A stretch of DNA of 64,000 bases, taken from contig CAXRCZ010000007.1 of assembly GCA_964229335.1 (NCBI GenBank), forward strand, positions 32,001 to 96,000, read 5' to 3'. Each line of letters starts with the position of its first letter. Positions within the stretch are counted from its first letter, which is position 1. The position numbers and the translations under genes are program-made. Shown piece by piece: positions 9,853 through 16,816 of the stretch. Source of the DNA: Minisyncoccia bacterium. GTDB lineage: Bacteria > Patescibacteriota > Minisyncoccia > Phycocordibacterales > UBA918. Below the pieces are notes generated by a model. That model did not search any database, was not told the DNA's origin, and was given only the letters and a program-made list of their open reading frames with translations.

Positions 9853-10131
9853 ATGTCGGATAAAAATAAAATACCCGAAGTAGAGTGTCGGCACACTGAA
9901 GAATTGGAGGAAATGATAACTGAGAACAAAGAGCTCTTATCTAAAAACAATCAGTTACTAAACAAAATCCATCGGAGTATGGTGTGGGGATTCTGGTTAC
10001 GTATCCTATGGGTAGCTATAGTATTAGGATTACCTTTCTTGCTGTATTACTATCTCTTAGCACCTTACTACGAATCATTTCAGGACACTTTTGAGGTATT
10101 CGGTATTGATATCAATCAATTGGAGTTTTAG
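9853..10131 (+). CDS. Small membrane protein (coiled coil plus one TM helix)
   Basis: 92-aa ORF preceded by TG-C-TATACT 7 nt before the ATG. Confidence 0.75.
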   Translation: MSDKNKIPEVECRHTEELEEMITENKELLSKNNQLLNKIHRSMVWGFWLRILWVAIVLGLPFLLYYYLLAPYYESFQDTFEVFGIDINQLEF

Positions 10132-10212
10132 CGTATAAGTAGATTGAATTAATTGTAAAAATCGGTACAATAGCGAGCACTCCTTAGTTGTGGAGTAAAA
10201 TAAATACCTAAT

Positions 10213-10286
10213 GCTCAGGTAGCTCAGTTGGTTAGAGCACTGGTCTGAAGAACCAGGTGTCGGCAGTTCGAGTCTGCCCCTGAGCA
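10213..10286 (+). tRNA. tRNA-Phe(GAA)
   Basis: Acceptor stem GCTCAGG/CCTGAGC; anticodon arm CTGGT-CTGAAGA-ACCAG; T arm GGCAG-TTCGAGT-CTGCC. Confidence 0.96.
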
Positions 10287-10311
10287 CAAAAAGAGACGGC
10301 TTTTCTGCCTC

Positions 10312-10345
10312 ACAAAAATACCGCTCACCTGAGCGGTATTTTTGT
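10312..10345. terminator. Bidirectional terminator-like hairpin after tRNA-Phe
   Basis: ACAAAAATACCGCTCA-CC-TGAGCGGTATTTTTGT, 16-bp arms. Confidence 0.75.
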
Positions 10346-10383
10346 ATTCCAAGCTTTCGAGAAATCTTAGTCAGATTCTCAAG

Positions 10384-10581
10384 TCATGAAATATCGTTGG
10401 TTTCTAAGACTTTCTCAGTTCGAGTCTTCTCATATGTCGACAGAACCTCTTCCAGTCGTCCTTCTCGCTGCAGTCGTATGAAGATTGTGGCGCAAATATC
10501 GATGTATTCTTCCAGCCATTCGTCGTGAGTCATCAGAATAAGATAGCTCTCCTGAGTCACGGCACAAGTTGACAGATTCAC
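10384..10581 (-). CDS. Small hypothetical protein (may start at MTHDEWL)
   Basis: Helical-looking ORF ending near the 10312-10345 hairpin; no recognised motif. Confidence 0.4.
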   Translation of the reverse strand: MNLSTCAVTQESYLILMTHDEWLEEYIDICATIFIRLQREGRLEEVLSTYEKTRTEKVLETNDIS

Positions 10582-10670
10582 GATATGTGATTGAATTCAG
10601 GTAGGTTTTTCCTGGGTTAACCACCCGCCACTCAAAATGAGCTGGCGGAAGCTGGCTCGGGAGATGTTCA

Positions 10671-11165
10671 ATGAAGACTGCAACACAATCGACCTTCCCG
10701 ACCTGGAAAACAGTCACGGTCGGGAATCTCGGAAGCGCTCAAGAAGCTCGCAAACGCCTCGAAGATGCTGGCATCAGGATCGGCGACTGGGGTGACGATA
10801 TTCTCGAACGGGCTACCTTCGAGGATACGGAAACTCCGCTCGACCTGGTTCGGGTGTTGGTCAAAGAGCTGGGACTGGAAGACGGTGCGACCACAGCGCA
10901 GATTTACGCTGCTGCCGAAAGTCACAACCTCTCGCTCTGCCCTGCCGAAGCGGCCCCGCAGCTTTGGCTACATGACCACGATCTGTTGCCCCGTGGCGAA
11001 TGGTCGCTTGTGGCAATGGAAACCATCGTGGACTCGGGAGGCGATCGTAACGTGTTCCGCGTGGTATGCGACGACTTCGGGCGCTGGATCTACGCTCGTA
11101 ACGGTCACCCCGACCGCAGGTGGGACAGCAACGTTTCTTGGATGTTCGTTCGTAATCCCAAGTAG
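10671..11165 (+). CDS. Hypothetical protein (GC-richer accessory gene)
   Basis: 164-aa ORF with GGGAG upstream and its own terminator; contains LSLCPAEAAPQL and RRWDSNVSWMFVR. Confidence 0.8.
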   Translation: MKTATQSTFPTWKTVTVGNLGSAQEARKRLEDAGIRIGDWGDDILERATFEDTETPLDLVRVLVKELGLEDGATTAQIYAAAESHNLSLCPAEAAPQLWLHDHDLLPRGEWSLVAMETIVDSGGDRNVFRVVCDDFGRWIYARNGHPDRRWDSNVSWMFVRNPK

Positions 11166-11184
11166 CTATTGCTAGCTACCGCAG

Positions 11185-11217
11185 ACCCTCGATGCATTCG
11201 TGCATCGAGGGTTTTTA
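11185..11217 (+). terminator. Intrinsic terminator
   Basis: ACCCTCGATGCA-TTCG-TGCATCGAGGGT followed by a T tract. Confidence 0.85.
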
Positions 11218-11400
11218 TGTACGGTCGCGCTGAGAGAGTCGCTCTTACGCGACATCAGCAATCGGCGGCTCAACAGAGTCGTCGTTTGCGTTTTGGAGTG
11301 GTTCGAGTTGCTTGATAGAGTGAAGGACTCTCAGATCAAAAGTTCGAGAATTGTCCCGTGCATCTGCACAAAGAAACCCCGCCCTTGGCGGGGTTTTGAC

Positions 11401-11635
11401 TGCTCAGGGAGCAAGCAAACTGCTTTGCTTGCGTGCAGACTCGAACGCCGGAACGATGTTTTCAGCTCATTACCTGGAGCTGAAAACGAGCGAGGCGTGT
11501 CCCGCGGCACTTGCTGAATTGAGTATCTTGATACTCAATTCAGCCTTGTGACCGCCAGGACGAGTCAATGTCCCTAAGCAATATTTTGAGCATCACGAAC
11601 AAATATACTTAGTAACTCGTGACCGAGTCTGCTCC
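11401..11635 (+). repeat. tRNA-Phe-linked element (interrupted inverted tRNA 3' copy, hairpin-rich core, short direct copy)
   Basis: TGCTCAGGG[hairpin]GCAGACTCGAAC is the antisense of the tRNA-Phe 3' end; 15-bp hairpin at 11513-11544; CGAGTCTGCTCC at 11624-11635 follows TGAC. Confidence 0.65.
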
Positions 11636-11675
11636 TTCTTTTAGATAAGAAACTAATGTGATTTAGCAATATTAC

Positions 11676-11703
11676 TTGACAGTTCGTTATTTTAGTGTAT
11701 TAT
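11676..11703 (+). promoter_or_regulatory. Sigma70-type promoter
   Basis: TTGACA-N16-TATTAT upstream of ORF 11730. Confidence 0.6.
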
Positions 11704-11729
11704 TTAGATAGTTTATAGCACCCTAAAAA

Positions 11730-12158
11730 TTGGAGGCGCAGATGGGTCTTGAAATGATTGGCATTATGCCTTATGGAGAATACAAGAATTTCTGCCGCTC
11801 GCTCCAGTCACTTTTGGATCGAGCTCACATTAAAGATGAGGCTGTGATGTTCTGTCCAGCCTGTACCGGAAAGCAAGCCAGCTATGATACTGCAGAACAC
11901 TACATCATCAAGGCGAACTTCTCGAACCACATCGTCATTCACGATATCGACAAAATACAACGAGCTGCTGCTCATCTTGCTGAAATCAGGGCTCGTACCA
12001 TCGTCCTTGTTGGATGTCGTGTGCCTGAAGGTGAGCCTGGTTCCGATGTCGACTTCAACTTCGGTATGGCGGTAGGGTCGATCCGGCACCTTCCTAAAGG
12101 TGTCTATATTGCTCTCAACGGAGCTGTCGTACCTTGGCGCGAATATAGCCCAAACTAA
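11730..12158 (+). CDS. Degenerate asparaginase-domain protein
   Basis: C-terminal half (TIVLVGCRVP...SDVDFNFGMAVG...LPKGVYIALNG) resembles short asparaginases; HGTDT is replaced by HDIDK. Start may be the ATG at 11742. Confidence 0.7.
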   Translation: MEAQMGLEMIGIMPYGEYKNFCRSLQSLLDRAHIKDEAVMFCPACTGKQASYDTAEHYIIKANFSNHIVIHDIDKIQRAAAHLAEIRARTIVLVGCRVPEGEPGSDVDFNFGMAVGSIRHLPKGVYIALNGAVVPWREYSPN

Positions 12159-12227
12159 AACACCTACGCGCAAGCGGGAGACTCATCCGCTTCGGTGGGT
12201 GTTTTCTCTTATTTTTCACTGTAACAA

Positions 12228-12267
12228 AAAATCACCGCGTTAATGCATGCATTAACGCGGTGATTTT
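12228..12267. terminator. 40-bp perfect palindrome between convergent genes (bidirectional terminator)
   Basis: AAAATCACCGCGTTAATGCA|TGCATTAACGCGGTGATTTT. Confidence 0.8.
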
Positions 12268-12281
12268 ATTATCTCTATAAA

Positions 12282-12515
12282 TTATTCTATCTCCAGTAGT
12301 TCTTTTAGCTTTGGTTCATCAAACCCGATAAGAACATCATCCCCTATTCGTATCACTGGCACTCCCATTTGACCAGTCATTTCAATCATTTCTTCACGTT
12401 TTTCAGCATCAGCGGCTACATCGTGTTCGGTATACTCAATATTGTGATCCTTGAAAAATTCTTTCGCTGACTGACAAAAATGACAAACTGGGGTGGTGTA
12501 AATTGCTACTTCCAT
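12282..12515 (-). CDS. Glutaredoxin/NrdH-like redoxin
   Basis: CHFC (CxxC), TGQMGVPVI and GFD motifs. Confidence 0.93.
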   Translation of the reverse strand: MEVAIYTTPVCHFCQSAKEFFKDHNIEYTEHDVAADAEKREEMIEMTGQMGVPVIRIGDDVLIGFDEPKLKELLEIE

Positions 12516-12577
12516 AAATATGAGTTTATATCTTAACTGCTATAGTATACCAAATTTACCGAGACGCCGTAAGCGAC

Positions 12578-12961
12578 TTATCGCCAGAATTCGTACCATT
12601 TTCTCTCTTCGGTTTGAGCCTCTAGGGGCAGTATTACATTTGCTCCCTGGTCATTTTCAGCGTCTACTATCACCACTACTTCTTCTTCAGGTAGGGCCAC
12701 ATCAAACTGTCTTCTCATTTCCGCCTCCATTCCGCGGTCATCTTTGAGGTATTTTACTTTTTCTTCTAGTTCTACCTTGCGGGTTTGTAGTTCCTCTACT
12801 TCTCGTTCAGCTTCAGCTCTGCGGTCTGACATTTGATCAGCAATGTTGTACCTCGTATAGGCACTCATAGCCACCAGAACGGCCAGTATCAGCAAAAATA
12901 TTCTGGTATAGACAGAAGTTAGAACAGCTCTGATTTTCCGTTTTTGGTAAAAATCAAACAT
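12578..12961 (-). CDS. Septum formation initiator family (FtsB/DivIC-like)
   Basis: One TM helix, a coiled coil, then E..R.QF....PEEEVVVI. Confidence 0.8.
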   Translation of the reverse strand: MFDFYQKRKIRAVLTSVYTRIFLLILAVLVAMSAYTRYNIADQMSDRRAEAEREVEELQTRKVELEEKVKYLKDDRGMEAEMRRQFDVALPEEEVVVIVDAENDQGANVILPLEAQTEERKWYEFWR

Positions 12962-12973
12962 GAATGAGCAAAT

Positions 12974-13105
12974 GAGTGTGATAACACGAATATTGCGAAT
13001 TTATGCCGGCGTTTAGCCAGAATCGACCTATCAAGGGAGATTATGGCTGTAACGAGCGGCCAATATAATCTTTCGCAGACATAAATCTGTGTGGAAAGAC
13101 ACACC
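12974..13105 (-). ncRNA. Candidate rod-shaped ncRNA (6S-like)
   Basis: Nested pairings GATTTATGTCTGCG/CGCCGGCATAAATT and AGATTAT/ATAATCT with a large asymmetric bubble; TATAGT just upstream. Confidence 0.35.
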
Positions 13106-13163
13106 ACTACTATACTACCATCAACCCTTAAAATTATTAGTATCTTCAGGTAGAATAGAGCGT

Positions 13164-13283
13164 ATGAGTATACTATTTCATAAACGTGGCAAGAAAGCGG
13201 TGAAGTGGGTTTGGATTGTGTTTGCAGCCATTATCGCAATCAGCATGATTTTTGCCTATTCTGGTGGTGTAGGAGCGGTGTAA
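13164..13283 (+). CDS. Small single-TM membrane protein (39 aa)
   Basis: MSILFHKRGKK followed by a hydrophobic helix; TAGAAT 7 nt before the ATG. Confidence 0.6.
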   Translation: MSILFHKRGKKAVKWVWIVFAAIIAISMIFAYSGGVGAV

Positions 13284-13285
13284 AT

Positions 13286-15070
13286 CTAATCATCCTTCAA
13301 CATACCCATAAACACAGATGGTGGGATGTGGACTTTACCACGGGCTAGAGCTTTTTGTTTACCTTTCTTTTGCTTTTCTCGAAGCTTCATTTTTCGAGTA
13401 ATATCACCACCGTAGAGACCGGCTGTCACGTCCTTTCGTAGGGCTGAGAGCTTTTTAGTGGCAATAATTTTACCCATGACCTTAGCCTGAATTTTGGTCA
13501 CAAACTGCTGTTGCGGCAGAGCTTTGTACAACTTGTCGACAATCGCTTTAGCTTCAGTATCAGCTCGAGACATGCCGACTACTCGAGAGAACGCTGGTAC
13601 TATTTCTTCTGCTACCAACACGTCCAACTTAGTAACGCTGGCTGGCCGTATTTCTGCAATCTCATAAGAAAAAGAGGCGTATCCGCTGCTAGCATTCTTC
13701 AATCTATCAAAGAATCCTCTCATAAGTTCGCGAAGTGGCATTTCAATCGACAAGAGGGTGCGGCCATCACTAAATACCTCAGTATCTATCACGGACCCTT
13801 CGTGCTCATATAACAAAGTAAGAATGTTACCCATATAATCACTTGGCATCAGTATCTGGCCCAGTACCCAGGGTTCTTTAATACTGGCTTTTTCTCCATG
13901 TTCAGGAAACCGAGTAGCAGCATAGATTTCTTCGGTTTGCCCATCAGGCCAAGTCACCTCGTAGGAAATAGATGGTGCGGTAATAATAATCTCAATCGCA
14001 AACTCGCGTTTCAAGCGCTCGGTAATTATCTCCAGGTGAAGCATCCCCAAGAATCCACATCTGAAACCTCGACCTAATATACCCGACGACTCTTCCTCAA
14101 AAGAAAGCGATGAGTCGGATAATTTAAGGCGCTCTAGAGCTTGTCTCAAACTTGTAAACTCATCTTGGTTTTCTGGAAAAATAGACGCCCAGACCACTGG
14201 TCTTGCTAGCTGATGACCAGACAAAGGTGCTACTTCTGATTTATTAGGAATCAAGGTGTCCCCCACACTTGCCACACCGGGCTCTTTAATACCGGTGACT
14301 ATATAGCCGATTTGTCCGGCTGTCAGTTCTGATTGTGGAGCTTCTTCGGGCTTGACCACACCCACATCCAAAGCCGTGAAAGATCGTTTACTGGCAGCAA
14401 ATTGCAGTACATCGCCTTTTTTGACCGAACCATCAAACACTCGCATAAACACGATGATGCCGCGATGGTTGGAGTATTGAAAATCAAAAATTAATCCTCT
14501 ATATTCCGACATTAGCGGTTCCCGTGGGGCTGGAATAGTTGCGCATATAGCCTCGAGTAGCTCTGGCACACCTTCACCAGTCTTTCCCGATACTAGTAGT
14601 ATGTCCTCTTTATTACAATCCAACAATTTTGTCACTTCTTCCCCTACTTCATCAGGGCGAGCGTGTGGCATGTCGGTCTTAGTGAGAACTGGGATGATAA
14701 CTAATCCAAGCTCCTTGGCCATTTGCAGCGTGGTCAGAGTTTGGGCTTGTATACCTTGGGTACTGTCTACCAACAGTAAAACACCCTCGACTGCTTTTAG
14801 TGCTCGAGAAACTTCATAGGAAAAATCGATGTGTCCGGGTGTATCAATTAGATTCAATTCAAATTCTCCCGAATCATTTTGATACTGCATAGAAACGGGC
14901 TGCATTTTGATAGTAATGCCACGCTCACGCTCCAGCTCCATTGAATCCAAAACCTGGGCTTTCATTTTTCGGTCTTCTACCGTTTTTGTCGCCTCTAGCA
15001 TTCTATCTGCGAGAGTACTTTTTCCGTGATCTATGTGAGCAATAATGCTGAAATTTCTGATATTTTTCAT
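13286..15070 (-). CDS. lepA: Elongation factor 4 (LepA)
   Basis: IRNFSIIAHIDHGKSTLADR, DTPGHIDF, GFRCGFLGMLH and YGGDITRK motifs. Confidence 0.97.
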   Translation of the reverse strand: MKNIRNFSIIAHIDHGKSTLADRMLEATKTVEDRKMKAQVLDSMELERERGITIKMQPVSMQYQNDSGEFELNLIDTPGHIDFSYEVSRALKAVEGVLLLVDSTQGIQAQTLTTLQMAKELGLVIIPVLTKTDMPHARPDEVGEEVTKLLDCNKEDILLVSGKTGEGVPELLEAICATIPAPREPLMSEYRGLIFDFQYSNHRGIIVFMRVFDGSVKKGDVLQFAASKRSFTALDVGVVKPEEAPQSELTAGQIGYIVTGIKEPGVASVGDTLIPNKSEVAPLSGHQLARPVVWASIFPENQDEFTSLRQALERLKLSDSSLSFEEESSGILGRGFRCGFLGMLHLEIITERLKREFAIEIIITAPSISYEVTWPDGQTEEIYAATRFPEHGEKASIKEPWVLGQILMPSDYMGNILTLLYEHEGSVIDTEVFSDGRTLLSIEMPLRELMRGFFDRLKNASSGYASFSYEIAEIRPASVTKLDVLVAEEIVPAFSRVVGMSRADTEAKAIVDKLYKALPQQQFVTKIQAKVMGKIIATKKLSALRKDVTAGLYGGDITRKMKLREKQKKGKQKALARGKVHIPPSVFMGMLKDD

Positions 15071-15131
15071 AACAAGAGTGACATCCTAGCCGATGACAGT
15101 GGCTTTACTCTACCTGAGAATATAAAAATTA

Positions 15132-16808
15132 CTAGAGTCGTTCTGGTTCAGGAGCGATGACGTCTGTTTTTAGAATCTTTGACTTAAATGAATAGTAGAT
15201 TTCCTGTAGTTCTGGTGCTCTAAGTACATAGTATGTTAGTGCAGAACCGACGATTCCGGCGACCCCAGCTACCAGCCCTTGTAGTGAAATACCAATAAAG
15301 GTGTTTTGATTGATACCGTCTACCACAAACGTCAGACTGGCGTAGGCGATGATACCACCCACCATACTGGCTAGAATTGCCTTTAAGGTAAGCTTATATA
15401 GCGGACGATAACTAATCCCAAAAGTTTTTCGAGACAAGAATACTAACATCACTAGCTGTAGTAGTTGACTCACTGTAAAGGCAAAAGCAAGGATGAGTAC
15501 CTCTGCTCCAATAACATCTTGCAAACGGAACATATCTCTAAGTGCTATTTGCCAAGCCGGCTGAGTCACATAAAAATCAACTAACAAGAAAGCTGTGATA
15601 ATTGCTAATCCTGAAGAAATACTAGCCACTAAAAATGGCACAAGTGTGCGTCCGCCAGCATAAAACGCTCGAAACAAAAGTAACAAGATAGCTTGTGCAA
15701 ATAACGATATAACGAACACTGCTAACACTGCAGCTGTCAATCTTGTGTCTGCCCAATCAAACGCGCCACTACCGAGTAATACACGTACAATCTGCGCTCG
15801 TAACACCACAATCAAGACCATGATAGGAATTGACCAAAATATTATGTGCCGCAGTGCAGTCAAAAGATGTAAGTTAAACTCTTTAGTCTTCCCTTTTGCC
15901 AACATACGGGACAGTGTGGGAAATGCTGCTACTGAATAACTCATACCAATAACCGCCAGTGGCACGGATTGCAAATTAAAAGCGAACTGGAATACCGACA
16001 CAGACCCCGCTGCCATGGTGGTTGCGATACCAATTAAAAGCAATAAAACCAATTGATTTACGGATAAAGTAAGTCCGCGTGGTATCGCTACGACTAGAAT
16101 TTCTTTGATTAACTTCCATTCAATTTTATGCTGCCAGGTAAATCGATACTGGCTTGTAACCACAAATGGAATCTGTATTGCCAAATGCCCCAAAGCACCA
16201 ATAACAACACCGAGCGCTAGTCCAGCCAACCCAAAGAATTGGTAAAACACTGTGATACCGATAATAATTCCTAGGTTATAAAATAACGGACTGATAGCAT
16301 ACAAGACGAACCGATGTCCGATTTGGGTAACCACCCCACACAGACTGGATAGTCCCAAGAAGAAGGCCTGCAAGAGTAATATTTGTAGTAAAACTGTCAG
16401 TGTACCCGCCTCAGTGGCCAAACCGGGAAATATGTATGGTACATACCATGGCGCAGTGATTGCCAATACCCCAGCCACAACGCTGAAACCAATCAAGAAT
16501 AACGAGAATACTTGACTGATAACAGCAACACCAGCCGCGATACCGTTCTTTTCTTCGGCTCGATTAACAAACGGTAGCAAAACATATACAGACAGTATCG
16601 AGGCAAATAATACGTACAATAAATCTGGTATACGAAAGGCAGCGTAATATATATCAAGTTCAGGACCAGCGCCGAATATATGCGCTAACAACCTATCTCT
16701 TACTATCGCGAGTAGCTGTGAACCAATAGCAAACAGGGCCAGGATATACGCGGCTTGATGTAAGCCGCGTATTTCTTTATACATGAGATCAAAAACTCTG
16801 CGTACCAT
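15132..16808 (-). CDS. murJ: Lipid II flippase MurJ (MviN)
   Basis: Multi-TM; RDRLLAHIFG...DIYYAAFRIPD, AAFPTLS and RAFYA motifs. Confidence 0.92.
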   Translation of the reverse strand: MVRRVFDLMYKEIRGLHQAAYILALFAIGSQLLAIVRDRLLAHIFGAGPELDIYYAAFRIPDLLYVLFASILSVYVLLPFVNRAEEKNGIAAGVAVISQVFSLFLIGFSVVAGVLAITAPWYVPYIFPGLATEAGTLTVLLQILLLQAFFLGLSSLCGVVTQIGHRFVLYAISPLFYNLGIIIGITVFYQFFGLAGLALGVVIGALGHLAIQIPFVVTSQYRFTWQHKIEWKLIKEILVVAIPRGLTLSVNQLVLLLLIGIATTMAAGSVSVFQFAFNLQSVPLAVIGMSYSVAAFPTLSRMLAKGKTKEFNLHLLTALRHIIFWSIPIMVLIVVLRAQIVRVLLGSGAFDWADTRLTAAVLAVFVISLFAQAILLLLFRAFYAGGRTLVPFLVASISSGLAIITAFLLVDFYVTQPAWQIALRDMFRLQDVIGAEVLILAFAFTVSQLLQLVMLVFLSRKTFGISYRPLYKLTLKAILASMVGGIIAYASLTFVVDGINQNTFIGISLQGLVAGVAGIVGSALTYYVLRAPELQEIYYSFKSKILKTDVIAPEPERL

Positions 16809-16816
16809 ACCGCTTC

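Noticed and set aside
10075-10287. 70-aa ORF MLRGRLELPTPGSSDQCSNQLSY
   Set aside because: Antisense reading of tRNA-Phe.
11200-11551. 105-aa and 66-aa ORFs
   Set aside because: They run through a terminator and the hairpin-rich tRNA-Phe-linked element and have no protein-like features.
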